A stretch of 51,528 nucleotides of DNA from a virus (IMGVR_UViG_3300027734_000103:1-51528); one strand, 5' to 3'; shown: positions 17,673 to 27,405, counted from the first letter of the stretch. Translations and numbers: made by a program. Notes: generated by a model not told the origin, from the sequence alone.

Positions 17673-18431
17673 ATGACAGAGCCAATCCAAGCAGCAGCCT
17701 CGTTTAGTTTGGCGGGAAGGAAAGTCATGATTGGCATTCCCTCCTACGACTTCAAGGTAACTACTAAATGGGCAATTTCTTTTGCTCATTTTTGCGTAGA
17801 GGCTCAGAAACACGGCATCCAAATACAGGTTGGTAATATCTCTGGTTGTTCTGTTGTGTCTCGTGCCCGTAACCTGATTGCTTATGATTTCCTAGAGTCA
17901 GACTGTACAGACTTGATGTTTATTGATGCTGATATTAACTTTGATGCGAATGACATCTTCCGGTTACTGGCTTGGAACAGTGACCCAAAGAAAGGTATTG
18001 TTGCTGGCATTCCGGTGGCTCGTAAAAAAGGTAAAGTCTATATTTCTACATTAGACATAGATGAAGACCAAAACGTGCATATGAATCCAATGGGTCTAGT
18101 ACGGGCTAAACGAGTTGCTACGGCATTTATGGTTATTCGTAGAGAAGTCTTTGAGACACTCAAAGAAAACCACCCTGAGTGGGCATATATTGACGACAGA
18201 ATACAAGACGGCTTGTCGTATTCATTCTTTGATTTTAAATCTACGCCAGACGGTTATGTAGGCGAAGATTATGTATTCTGTGACCGTGCTAGAGAGCATG
18301 GCTATGAGGTATGGATAGACCCAACTATTAAATTAGGACATATGGGCGTTCATGAGTTTGAAGGTTCATTTGGAGAAGACTACCTATACCCTATGTTGCG
18401 CCCCCTTGAGACTAAAAAGGATGTAGCATGA
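17673..18431 (+). CDS. GT-A fold glycosyltransferase-like protein
   Basis: VMIGIP, SRARN, FIDADI (DxD), GEDYVFC, WIDPTIKLGH. Confidence 0.8.
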   Translation: MTEPIQAAASFSLAGRKVMIGIPSYDFKVTTKWAISFAHFCVEAQKHGIQIQVGNISGCSVVSRARNLIAYDFLESDCTDLMFIDADINFDANDIFRLLAWNSDPKKGIVAGIPVARKKGKVYISTLDIDEDQNVHMNPMGLVRAKRVATAFMVIRREVFETLKENHPEWAYIDDRIQDGLSYSFFDFKSTPDGYVGEDYVFCDRAREHGYEVWIDPTIKLGHMGVHEFEGSFGEDYLYPMLRPLETKKDVA

Positions 18432-18679
18432 AGACACCAGCATGGACACGTAAGGAAGGTAAGAACCCTAAAGGTGGTTTAAACGCCAAAGGTAGGGCTT
18501 CATATAATGCTGCTAATCCGGATAAACCGGGATTAAAGGCTCCTCAACCAAAGGGCGGTTCTAGAAAAAAATCATTCTGTGCTCGTATGGAAGGTATGAA
18601 AAAGAAGTTAACCAGCGAGAAAACGGCTAAAGACCCACAGTCTCGTATTAATAAATCGTTACGAGCATGGAAATGTTAA
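18428..18679 (+). CDS. small basic protein
   Basis: AWTRKEGKNPKGGLN...RKKSFCARM...SRINKSLRAWKC, a recurrent phage family. Confidence 0.8.
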   Translation: MKTPAWTRKEGKNPKGGLNAKGRASYNAANPDKPGLKAPQPKGGSRKKSFCARMEGMKKKLTSEKTAKDPQSRINKSLRAWKC

Positions 18680-18909
18680 ATGTAATGGAATTATGGACTG
18701 GTGGGCTGACCATCTTTATGGCGGTTATTGGATATATTATGAATGAAAAGTTTGCAGAATTAGCACGTATTAGTATTTTGTTAAACAAAACAAGAGAAGA
18801 GGTGGCTCGTGATAACGTTACTAAAGCAGAAGTGGAACGCATTGTTGAACACATGGACGCAAGGTTTAACAAACTTGAAAACAAAATTGACCAACTTATT
18901 AGCAGATAA
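18667..18909 (+). CDS. hypothetical protein (N-terminal TM helix + coiled coil)
   Basis: ILLNKTREE.AR...RFNKLE.KID motif. Confidence 0.7.
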   Translation: MEMLNVMELWTGGLTIFMAVIGYIMNEKFAELARISILLNKTREEVARDNVTKAEVERIVEHMDARFNKLENKIDQLISR

Positions 18910-18911
18910 AA

Positions 18912-19547
18912 ATGCCAAGTAGTTCAAAAAAGCAGCACAATTTTATGGAAGCAATTGCTCATAACAAGGCATTTGCTAAAAAGGCTGGCGTACCACAATC
19001 GGTAGGTCAGGAATTCGCAAAAGCCGATAAAGGCAAAACTTTTAAAGAGGGTGGAATGATGAAACATAGTGATATGAAAGAAGACATGAAGATGGATAAG
19101 TCTCAGGACAAAGCCATGATTAAAAAAGCCTTTAGACAGCATGATATTCAAGAGCACAAAGGTGGTAAGGGTACTAAATTAGCCTTGAAAAAGGGCGGTA
19201 TGATGAAGTATGCTGATGGTGGTCAAGTTGACCCACGTGCGGCTGCAATGATGGCTAAGAAACGTCCAATGCCTCCGGGAAGAATGCCTCCTCCACAAGG
19301 TAATCCAAACGTTGCTGCTCCACAGTTACAAGGCAGGCCAACAATGGCTCGTCCAATGGCTCCAGCCGCTGCTCCAGCACCAACAATGCCAATGAAAAAA
19401 GGCGGACGTATTGCTTCTAAAGGTGAACACTCTGTTCAGAAGAAATCAAAGCGTGGCGCTATGGTTGTAAAAATGGCTAATGGTGGTTTTGTAAAGTCTG
19501 CTGATGGTATTGCCAAGCGTGGTAAAACACGTGGAAAGATGTGCTAA
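18912..19547 (+). CDS. basic low-complexity protein with repeated [FYLM]xxGG motifs
   Basis: MPSSSKKQHNFM.A.AHN..FAKK.G.PQSVG; five xxxGG motifs. Confidence 0.8.
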   Translation: MPSSSKKQHNFMEAIAHNKAFAKKAGVPQSVGQEFAKADKGKTFKEGGMMKHSDMKEDMKMDKSQDKAMIKKAFRQHDIQEHKGGKGTKLALKKGGMMKYADGGQVDPRAAAMMAKKRPMPPGRMPPPQGNPNVAAPQLQGRPTMARPMAPAAAPAPTMPMKKGGRIASKGEHSVQKKSKRGAMVVKMANGGFVKSADGIAKRGKTRGKMC

Positions 19548-19822
19548 TGAGAGCATCTCGTGGGATGGGTGATATAAACCCATCCAAAATGCCGGATGGT
19601 AAAAAGAAAGCCCGTAGAGATGATACGGACTTTACTGAATTTGCTAAGGGTGGAAAAGTAAATGCGGCTGGTAATTACACCAAACCAAGTCTTCGTAAAC
19701 GGATTGTTTCTCAAGTTAAATCCGCAGCAACACAAGGCACGGGTGCAGGTCAGTGGTCAGCCCGTAAAGCACAGTTAGTAGCAAAGAAATATAAAGCCGC
19801 TGGCGGGGGATATAGAGATTGA
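19547..19822 (+). CDS. small basic protein
   Basis: TAATG coupling; MRASRGMG...GQWSARKAQL..K.YK.AGGGY. Confidence 0.75.
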   Translation: MRASRGMGDINPSKMPDGKKKARRDDTDFTEFAKGGKVNAAGNYTKPSLRKRIVSQVKSAATQGTGAGQWSARKAQLVAKKYKAAGGGYRD

Positions 19823-20052
19823 AAGCGCCACAACAGTCTTTAAAAAACTGGGGAGACCAGAAATGGACTACCAAGTCAGGTAAGAAATCATCTGTAACTG
19901 GTGAGAGATACTTGCCAAAAAAGGCTATTGATGCTTTAAGCCCTCAAGAGTATGCTGCAACTACTAAAGCAAAACGAGCCGGTAAGGCAAAAGGTAAGCA
20001 GTTTGTAGCACAACCAAAGAATATAGCAAAGAAAACCGCAGGTTATAGATAA
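19819..20052 (+). CDS. small basic protein
   Basis: Q.SLK.W..QKW.TKSGK.S..TGERYLPK.AI..LS..EYAATT.AKR family motif. Confidence 0.8.
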   Translation: MKAPQQSLKNWGDQKWTTKSGKKSSVTGERYLPKKAIDALSPQEYAATTKAKRAGKAKGKQFVAQPKNIAKKTAGYR

Positions 20053-20987
20053 TGGCATACACGTCAGGAACAACCGAGTTTAATCTACCATTTAATGAAA
20101 TGGCAGAAGAGGCTTATGAGCGTTGTGGCATAGAAATGCGTACTGGTTACCAGTTACGCACGGCTAGACGTAGCCTAAATTTAATGACAATTGAGTGGGC
20201 AAACAGAGGTATTAATCTGTGGACTATTGAAGAAGGTGAGATTCAATTAGTCACCGGACAGGTTAGTTACCCACTACCGGTAGATACAATTGACCTGTTA
20301 GACCATGTTATGCGTAGGAATCAAGGCACTATAAACCAGAGTGATATTAGTATTACTCGTATTTCTGAAACATCTTACCTACAGATACCTAATAAACTAG
20401 CGCAAGGCTTTCCAATTCAGATATTTATTAATAGACAAACAGGGGAAACTAACGCCACAACTGCTACTTTGGTGGGTAATGGTACAACTGCTAACATTAG
20501 TGCTACAGATACTACAATTGAAGTCAGTTCTACGGTTGATTTAGGCGCTTCCGGTTATATCAAAATAGATTCTGAAACTATTTATTACACTAGCGTGGTT
20601 GGTAATATTCTTCAGTTATGCGCTCGTGGACAAAACAATACCACTGCCGCTGCTCATACGGCAGGGGCGGTAATATACAATCAAAACTTACCAACAGTTA
20701 GCGTCTGGCCTACCGCTAGTGCTGGTGGCAGTCCATACACATTGGTCTATTGGCGTATGCGTAGGATACAGGATGCTGGGGGAGGAACTAGTGTTCAAGA
20801 TATTCCGTTCCGTTTATTACCTTGTTTAGTTGCTGGCTTGGCTTATCATTTATCGGTAAAGAATCCAACTACTGGCGATAGAACTCAAATGTTAAAAGCG
20901 GCTTATGATGAACAATGGCTAGTTGCTTCGCAGGAAGATAGAGAGAAAGCGTCCTTGCGACTTGCTCCACGACAGACGTTTTGGTAA
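20052..20987 (+). CDS. head-tail connector / head completion protein (putative)
   Basis: EEAYERCG...TARRSLNL...EWANRG.NLWT...P.R..PC.VAGLAY; synteny. Confidence 0.65.
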   Translation: MAYTSGTTEFNLPFNEMAEEAYERCGIEMRTGYQLRTARRSLNLMTIEWANRGINLWTIEEGEIQLVTGQVSYPLPVDTIDLLDHVMRRNQGTINQSDISITRISETSYLQIPNKLAQGFPIQIFINRQTGETNATTATLVGNGTTANISATDTTIEVSSTVDLGASGYIKIDSETIYYTSVVGNILQLCARGQNNTTAAAHTAGAVIYNQNLPTVSVWPTASAGGSPYTLVYWRMRRIQDAGGGTSVQDIPFRLLPCLVAGLAYHLSVKNPTTGDRTQMLKAAYDEQWLVASQEDREKASLRLAPRQTFW

Positions 20988-20990
20988 TGT

Positions 20991-21419
20991 ATGGCTAACA
21001 ATTATGCGTCAGGTAAGTATTCAATTGCTGAGTGCGATAGGTGTGGTCAGCGGTTCATGCTTAAGCAGTTACGAAAAGAGATTATTAAGACCAAGTTATT
21101 TAATATTAAAGTGTGCCCTGAGTGTTGGGACCCAGACCAACCACAGTTATCGTTAGGTTTATATCCAGTCAATGACCCGCAAGCGGTTCGGGAACCAAGA
21201 CCAGATACCAGTTATCAAGTTTCAGGTACCACTGGTTTACAGATTATTGATACAAATAGTACAAATATAGATGCCGTAGGGTATCAAGCAGAGGGTAGTA
21301 GAGTTTTTCAGTGGGGATGGAATCCAGTAGGAGGTTCCAGAGCCTCGGATGCAGGTTTAACACCAAACGATTTAGTGTTGAACTTTCAGTTGGCAAGTGT
21401 CACAATATCAACAACATAA
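20991..21419 (+). CDS. hypothetical protein with CxxC...CxxC Zn site
   Basis: CDRCG...VCPECWD.DQPQL...DPQAVR.PRPD. Confidence 0.75.
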   Translation: MANNYASGKYSIAECDRCGQRFMLKQLRKEIIKTKLFNIKVCPECWDPDQPQLSLGLYPVNDPQAVREPRPDTSYQVSGTTGLQIIDTNSTNIDAVGYQAEGSRVFQWGWNPVGGSRASDAGLTPNDLVLNFQLASVTISTT

Positions 21420-21430
21420 GGAGTTTAAAC

Positions 21431-21628
21431 ATGGCTTTCGTTAAATCAGCAGACGGAATTGTTAAAAAAGGTAAAACACAGGGTACAAATTTAGGTAACT
21501 CCGGACCAACGGTCATGGGAGATAATGGCGGCAAGAAATCTGCTGGCGTTACATCCATGAAAATGAAACAAGTTGGACGTAATTTGGCTCGTGCTATGAA
21601 TCAAAAATCATCAGGTAGAGGTCGATAA
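21431..21628 (+). CDS. small basic protein
   Basis: AGGAG RBS; start revised from 21311; MAFVKSADGIVKKGKT...GRNLARA.NQ. Confidence 0.75.
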   Translation: MAFVKSADGIVKKGKTQGTNLGNSGPTVMGDNGGKKSAGVTSMKMKQVGRNLARAMNQKSSGRGR

Positions 21629-21906
21629 TGGGAAAATTTTCTAAAAAGGTCATGGGTAAAGAAGTTGGCGATGCCAAAGTCTATGCACAACCACACACAA
21701 TGGACGGTAAAGCCATGAAGAATGTTAAGATTGGATACCAAACAGACCCTAACTCAATGAGTGCCGTAGAGACTACTCCGGGAATGCCAGCACGTAGAGT
21801 GAGTGCCGGTAATCCAGCAAGAGAAGATGTCAAAACATCTGGTATTGCACAGCGTGGGCATGGCGCAGCAACAAAAGGCTTTACCTCACGTGGTCCAATG
21901 GCTTAA
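21628..21906 (+). CDS. small basic protein
   Basis: TAATG coupling; KTSGI..RG.GAATKG...RGPMA. Confidence 0.75.
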   Translation: MGKFSKKVMGKEVGDAKVYAQPHTMDGKAMKNVKIGYQTDPNSMSAVETTPGMPARRVSAGNPAREDVKTSGIAQRGHGAATKGFTSRGPMA

Positions 21907-21914
21907 AGGTTGAC

Positions 21915-22577
21915 ATGAACTACGCAGACTTAGTTATAGCGGTTCAAGATTATACGGAAAACACCTTTCCGACTGTAGATATGAACCGTTTTATTCAGCA
22001 AGCGGAACAGAAGATATACAATTCTGTTCAATTGCCGTCTTTGCGTAAGAATGTAGTTGGTGTTACATCCCCAGCAAACAAATATCTGTCCTGTCCTGAT
22101 GATTATCTATCTTCGTTTTCTTTAGCAGTCATTGAAAACTATGGTTTGGCTACAGAAAGGTATACATTCCTATTGAATAAAGATGTAAACTTTATTAGAG
22201 AAGGCTATCCAAGCCCGAATGATACGGGTTTGCCTCTATATTACGCCCTATTTGGGCCACAATATTCATTCCCAAATGAGTTAAGTTTCATTCTGGGGCC
22301 AACTCCAAACGCTGTTTATCGTATGGAGTTACATTATTTCTACTATCCGCAGTCAATTGTTACCGCTAGTAATACTTGGTTAAGTGATAACTTTGATACA
22401 GCCTTACTAAATGGCACATTAATGGAAGCAATTACTTATATGAAGGGTGAGCCAGACCTTGTTACCTTGTATAAAGCCCGATATGACGAGTCAATGATGC
22501 TTCTCAAACAACTTGGCGATGCCAAAGAGAAGGGCGATTCATTCCGTGATGGCGTTCCTAAGTATCCAGTCACATGA
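21915..22577 (+). CDS. tail adaptor / tail tubular protein A-like
   Basis: MNY..L...QDY.E...FI..AE..I; GPTP...Y..ELHY.YYP.S; TWLSDN...LL.G.L.EA. Confidence 0.7.
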   Translation: MNYADLVIAVQDYTENTFPTVDMNRFIQQAEQKIYNSVQLPSLRKNVVGVTSPANKYLSCPDDYLSSFSLAVIENYGLATERYTFLLNKDVNFIREGYPSPNDTGLPLYYALFGPQYSFPNELSFILGPTPNAVYRMELHYFYYPQSIVTASNTWLSDNFDTALLNGTLMEAITYMKGEPDLVTLYKARYDESMMLLKQLGDAKEKGDSFRDGVPKYPVT

Positions 22578-22984
22578 TTTCACAAACCATAACCACATCG
22601 TTTAAACAGAACATCTTTCAAGGTGTGCAAAACCTGTCAACAAACACTATTTACATGGCTTTGTACACTGGGAGTGCAGATTTAGGTGCTGATACCACGG
22701 TGTATACAACATTAGCAGAGGTAGTTGGTACTGGATATGTTGCTGGTGGCAAACCTTGCCAAAATATAACTATTAACACGTCAGGAACCACTGTTTATGT
22801 GAGTTTTAATAACGTTGTTTGGACTGGGGCAGCCTTTACTTGTAGGGGTGCGTTGATTTACAATCAGAGTCAAGGAAACAAATCAATTGCAGTACTAAAT
22901 TTTGGGGCTGATAAGACTGCAACGTCCAGTTTTACAGTGACATTACCAGCAAATTCTGCTGATAGCGCATTAATAAGAGTTTAA
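22574..22984 (+). CDS. tail-associated structural protein
   Basis: SFK...ALYT..A.L...TT.Y....EV.GTGY.AGG...RGALIYN...AVL.FG.DKT; paralog of 23194-23673. Confidence 0.7.
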   Translation: MISQTITTSFKQNIFQGVQNLSTNTIYMALYTGSADLGADTTVYTTLAEVVGTGYVAGGKPCQNITINTSGTTVYVSFNNVVWTGAAFTCRGALIYNQSQGNKSIAVLNFGADKTATSSFTVTLPANSADSALIRV

Positions 22985-22995
22985 ACGGGGGTTAT

Positions 22996-23190
22996 ATGGC
23001 ATTAGTTACCACTACCAAAGGCGAAATGGATGATTCTTTGTTAGAGAAAAAAGAAGGTTCAGTTGAAAATGATATTGAGTACACAACTTGGACAGAATAT
23101 TGGCTAGATGGTGAACTAGTCCACCGTTCTGCTCATGTAACCCTTAAAACTTCACCATTTACCGATTTAGTCGGTGCAACTATAGGATAA
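22996..23190 (+). CDS. hypothetical protein
   Basis: TTKG.MD.SLLEK.EG...W.EYWL.GELVHRS.HV.LK motif. Confidence 0.7.
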   Translation: MALVTTTKGEMDDSLLEKKEGSVENDIEYTTWTEYWLDGELVHRSAHVTLKTSPFTDLVGATIG

Positions 23191-23193
23191 ATT

Positions 23194-23673
23194 ATGGCAA
23201 ATACTCAATCAATGTGTACTTCGTTTTTGGGGGAACTGTTAAGTGCAACCCATAACTTTAGTTCGGCTAATCCAGCGCAAACTGCAAGCACAGCAAATAC
23301 ATTTAAAGCGGCTTTATATCTAGCATCTGCTACGCTAAATGCGTCAACTACGGTTTACAGTGCTACTGGTGAAGTAACAGGTACAGGATATACGGCTGGT
23401 GGCGTAGCGGTAACTGGTGCAACTAATCCAGCATCTACAAATGCATCTACAACTGCTGGCGTAGGGTACTGGACACCATCTGCTCCTATTGTTTACACGA
23501 CAGTAACATTGTCTACTGCGTTTGACACTATGTTGTTATATAACTCAACTCAGTCTAACAAGGCGGTTGCTGTATATACCTTTGGTTCGCAGACAATTAC
23601 TGCCGGTAACTTTACTTTAACAATGCCATCAAACACGACAACAACCGCTTTAGTACGCTTATCTACAACTTAA
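23194..23673 (+). CDS. tail-associated structural protein (paralog of 22574-22984)
   Basis: Same ALY/EV.GTGY.AGG/YN..Q.NK...V..FG motifs. Confidence 0.7.
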   Translation: MANTQSMCTSFLGELLSATHNFSSANPAQTASTANTFKAALYLASATLNASTTVYSATGEVTGTGYTAGGVAVTGATNPASTNASTTAGVGYWTPSAPIVYTTVTLSTAFDTMLLYNSTQSNKAVAVYTFGSQTITAGNFTLTMPSNTTTTALVRLSTT

Positions 23674-23681
23674 GGTAATGT

Positions 23682-24482
23682 ATGGCTCTGGGCTGGGGTG
23701 ATAATGCGTGGGGCGATAACGGGTGGGGTGGAACGCTTGAGTTAACTGGCGTAGTAGGTACTGGTTTATTAGGTGATGAAGTACCATCAACCACCATAGC
23801 GCTAACCGGTGTTGGCGCTAGTGGTGCAATAGGAACGGTAGTAGCAAGTGTAGATGAGAATGAAGACGGTACATTTGCTAGTGGATTTGTAGGAACAGTA
23901 GCACTAGGAATAAGCATACCGCTAACAGGTGTAAATGCAAGCGGTTTAACTGGAACGGTAGAGCACGGTAAAGAAGTAACAATTACAGGCGTTCTAGGTT
24001 CTGGTGCAGTAGGAACGGTAACTGGTGGTAAGTCTGTACCTATAACCGGTGTTTCTACAGGCGGTGAGGTTGGTTCTGTAGGAGTTGGAAAAGAAGCCCC
24101 ACTAACTGGAGTGCTTGCAAGTGGTGTTATAGAAACAATAACAGAGACTATTAGTGTAGTTTTAGCCGGTGTAAATGCAAGTGGTTTAGTAGGTACAGTA
24201 ACAAACGGTGGAATAACAGTACCATTAACTGGTGTTAATGCATCAGGTTTACTTGGTATTGTATATCCGGGACAAACAATAACCGGAGTTGCTGGACGAG
24301 GCGCAGTAGGAACGATAACAAACGGTGGAATAACGGTAGCGTTAACAGGTGTTAATGCGGTAGGAAAAGCAGGTAATTTGGGATATTATTATTGGCAAGA
24401 GATTAACAATAATCAAACGGCTAATTGGGCGCAGATTAACAACGGGGAATTACCAAATTGGACAGAAATAACAATGGTATAG
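23682..24482 (+). CDS. Gly/Val/Thr repeat structural protein
   Basis: About eleven ~21-aa repeats [LI]TGVxAxGxVGTV; N-terminal WG repeats. Confidence 0.7.
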   Translation: MALGWGDNAWGDNGWGGTLELTGVVGTGLLGDEVPSTTIALTGVGASGAIGTVVASVDENEDGTFASGFVGTVALGISIPLTGVNASGLTGTVEHGKEVTITGVLGSGAVGTVTGGKSVPITGVSTGGEVGSVGVGKEAPLTGVLASGVIETITETISVVLAGVNASGLVGTVTNGGITVPLTGVNASGLLGIVYPGQTITGVAGRGAVGTITNGGITVALTGVNAVGKAGNLGYYYWQEINNNQTANWAQINNGELPNWTEITMV

Positions 24483-24489
24483 GAATACT

Positions 24490-27114
24490 ATGAGCACATA
24501 TTCATCAAATTTAAAAATAGAATTAATTGCAACGGGCGACCAATCTGGCGTTTGGGGAACAACCACTAATTCAAACTTCTCTAACGTGTTTGAACAGTCT
24601 ATTGTGGGTCGTGTAACTGTTTCATTTAGTAACGCAGACGTTACATTAACCGCTACTAATACTGTAGCCAGCCAAGATTATCGCAATGTCTACTTAAACT
24701 GTACCGGTACCAATGCTGCTTCAAGAAACTTAATTGTACCTACATTAAATAAAAACTATATTGTAGAAAACAACACGACAGGTGGGTTTTCTATTGTTGT
24801 AAAGACATCCGCAGGTACAGGAATCACTATTCCTAATGGCTCTAAGTGTGCGGTCTATGTTGATGGTACCAATGTGGTACAAAATGACAACTATTTCCCT
24901 GCTGCTGTTTTTGCTTCTATTACAGATTCAGGATTAACAAGTGGTCGTGTTACTTTTGCTTCTACTAGTGGGTTGTTGGCAGACTCTGCTAACTTGACAT
25001 GGGATGGTTCATTTCTAACAGCCGCAAGTATTAAAGATACTGCATTAACATCTGGTCGAGTAACATTTGCAGGTGCTAGTGGATTATTAAGTGATAGTGC
25101 TAATTTAACTTGGGATGGTTCTACTTTTGGTGTTACAGGTGCGGGTACTTTTTCTACTGGTTTAACTCGCACGCACGCACAAGGAACAGATGCTTATATA
25201 ACAAATACAACAACAGGAAAAGCAAATACTGTTGTTGGATTTAATGATTCAGGCTCAACTAATGCACAAGGAGTCCCAACAGGATACGCATATTACGGAA
25301 CTTTACAAACATTCCCTGTAGCAATAACTACATCAGGTATTCTTGCTGCTACTTTTAGCACATCAGGCAACCTAGGTCTTGGAGTTACTCCTAGTGCTTG
25401 GGATACAACAGTTTATAAGGCTTCTCAAATTGGCACAGGAATAGGTGTTGGCTCTGTAGTTGGAAGAACTGATGGTGCAAATGGTGCTGGTCTTGCACTT
25501 AATGGTTATTACAGCACTACAGGTTGGAGATATATTGGTACAAGTAACGCAAGTTTGTATTTTCAAAGTAGTGGTCAGCATCAATGGTACAACGCACCAT
25601 CAGGCACAGCAGGAAACTTAATAACACTTACCCAAGCAATGACACTAGATGCTAGTGGGAATTTAGGTATTGGGCCAACTTCGCCTTCTGTGAAATTACA
25701 CGCTTCTACATCTGGCGCAGGAATACAAGAAGTTGAGTGGCTAAACAATTCGCAAGCAGTTGGTGCTGATGTTGGTTCCGCAATGGTATTTACAGGAACA
25801 TCAAGCAACAATGGTCTTGCTCGTATTAGCGGGGCATTTGCTGGTGCTACTACTGCTGACGGCGCTTACATGGCATTTAGTACCAGAGCCGTTACTACGG
25901 GAGCATTAACAGAACGGATGCGACTTGACGCATCAGGCATCCTAGGTCTTGGAGTTACTCCTAGTGCTTGGGGAAGCAATTACAAAGTTATGGAGTTTGG
26001 TGACTCTGATAATCAATCTTTTTTTTATGGACAAACAAACGCCAATGTAGTGTCGATGGGAACAAACACCTACCACGACGGCACAAATTACAAATATAAA
26101 TTTAATGGGTATGCTTCTTTTTATCTTCAATTTAACGGAGAACATCGTTGGGCTATAGCACCATCAGGCACGGCAGGAAACACAGCATCTTTTACCCAAG
26201 CAATGACACTAGACGCAATTGGTAATTTAGGTATAGGCACAAGTAGTCCACAAGGCTCTTTCAAACTTACCATTAGCGGAACTGACACCATATCCCCTGC
26301 TGTTTATCTTGAGAACACAACTAATTCTAAAGCGTATTCCATGCGAGCAACAGGCACTTCGTGGATTATTCGTGATAACACGGTAGGAGAAGATAGGATT
26401 ACTTTAAATACTAGTGGTAATGTAGGTATAGGTACCAGTTCGCCATCTAGTAAGTTGGATGTGGAGTCGTCCGCTGCCCAAACTTTAGTTAGAATTACAA
26501 GCACCGATTCAGGTGGTCGCATTTGGAATATGGGCAGTTTAGCAACAGCCAGCGGTTTAGGTACGGGTGGTAGTTTTGCTTTTCGAGACAGTACACAGGG
26601 CAATACTCAAGTTCAAATTGGTCAGTACAACCAGACTGTTTCCCTTCAAGGTGCATCTCCTGTATCTGGTACTGGTATTACGTTCCCTGCAACACAATCA
26701 GCATCATCCAACGCAAACACACTAGATGACTATGAAGAAGGTACTTGGACACCTAATCTTACACGAGCAAGTGTTAGTCCTGTTATTTCTACTACAGTTT
26801 CAGGTGGATATACTAAAGTTGGAAATGTAATAACAATTTGGGGAATTATCACCATCAATTCCATTACATCTCAAGGTACTAATGTATGGTTAGTTAGTGG
26901 AATACCATTTAATTTTACTGGGACAAGAGGTTCAATGGGAGCGGCTGGTAATTTTAGTGTTACATCAATATCAACAGCACAAAATATTACAGCAGTTGGT
27001 GATTCAAATGCTGCTGATAACTATTTTTATTTACAAAACGCAGATGGTTCGGCTTTTACTACTAACGTGCAAGCAGGTACTTTATATTTAACATTAACTT
27101 ATCAAACTAGTTAA
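24490..27114 (+). CDS. tail fibre / receptor-binding protein
   Basis: MSTYS..LKIELI..G.QSG.WG.TTN N-terminus; repeated M.LD.SGN.GIGT..P junctions; C-terminal LDDYEEGTWTP...YTKVG..V domain. Confidence 0.85.
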   Translation: MSTYSSNLKIELIATGDQSGVWGTTTNSNFSNVFEQSIVGRVTVSFSNADVTLTATNTVASQDYRNVYLNCTGTNAASRNLIVPTLNKNYIVENNTTGGFSIVVKTSAGTGITIPNGSKCAVYVDGTNVVQNDNYFPAAVFASITDSGLTSGRVTFASTSGLLADSANLTWDGSFLTAASIKDTALTSGRVTFAGASGLLSDSANLTWDGSTFGVTGAGTFSTGLTRTHAQGTDAYITNTTTGKANTVVGFNDSGSTNAQGVPTGYAYYGTLQTFPVAITTSGILAATFSTSGNLGLGVTPSAWDTTVYKASQIGTGIGVGSVVGRTDGANGAGLALNGYYSTTGWRYIGTSNASLYFQSSGQHQWYNAPSGTAGNLITLTQAMTLDASGNLGIGPTSPSVKLHASTSGAGIQEVEWLNNSQAVGADVGSAMVFTGTSSNNGLARISGAFAGATTADGAYMAFSTRAVTTGALTERMRLDASGILGLGVTPSAWGSNYKVMEFGDSDNQSFFYGQTNANVVSMGTNTYHDGTNYKYKFNGYASFYLQFNGEHRWAIAPSGTAGNTASFTQAMTLDAIGNLGIGTSSPQGSFKLTISGTDTISPAVYLENTTNSKAYSMRATGTSWIIRDNTVGEDRITLNTSGNVGIGTSSPSSKLDVESSAAQTLVRITSTDSGGRIWNMGSLATASGLGTGGSFAFRDSTQGNTQVQIGQYNQTVSLQGASPVSGTGITFPATQSASSNANTLDDYEEGTWTPNLTRASVSPVISTTVSGGYTKVGNVITIWGIITINSITSQGTNVWLVSGIPFNFTGTRGSMGAAGNFSVTSISTAQNITAVGDSNAADNYFYLQNADGSAFTTNVQAGTLYLTLTYQTS
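25361..25402 (+). repeat. tail-fibre module-boundary repeat, copy 1
   Basis: 41/42 nt identical to 25931-25972. Confidence 0.9.
25931..25972 (+). repeat. tail-fibre module-boundary repeat, copy 2
   Basis: 41/42 nt identical to 25361-25402. Confidence 0.9.
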
Positions 27115-27151
27115 TTAATGTGGATTCATTAATCAGAAAAGGAGTTTTTAA

Positions 27152-27403
27152 ATGGCATTAACTAAAGAAATCGTAGTAGACCAAATTACAGTAACAGAAT
27201 ATGGAACTGTATTGGTTCGTGAAGTAACAAGAATTATGGAAGATGGTAACGAAATATCTAAACAATATCATCGTACATCTTTTGCGCCATCTAGCGATGT
27301 ATCAGCACAACCACAGAATGTTCAAGACATTTGTAATGTTGCATGGACACAAGAAATAATTACTGCATATCAAGCACAACAAGCAGAAAGAACGGGAGTT
27401 TAA
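27152..27403 (+). CDS. tail fibre-associated protein
   Basis: AGGAG RBS; V.VRE.T.I.EDG.EIS..YHR...P..DVS...V..IC...WT motif typical downstream of such fibres. Confidence 0.7.
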   Translation: MALTKEIVVDQITVTEYGTVLVREVTRIMEDGNEISKQYHRTSFAPSSDVSAQPQNVQDICNVAWTQEIITAYQAQQAERTGV

Positions 27404-27405
27404 TT

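Noticed and set aside
25361-26240. Diversity-generating retroelement TR/VR pair
   Set aside because: The repeats are short, in-frame and both inside the same gene, no adenine-specific mismatch pattern is evident, and there is no reverse transcriptase in the window.
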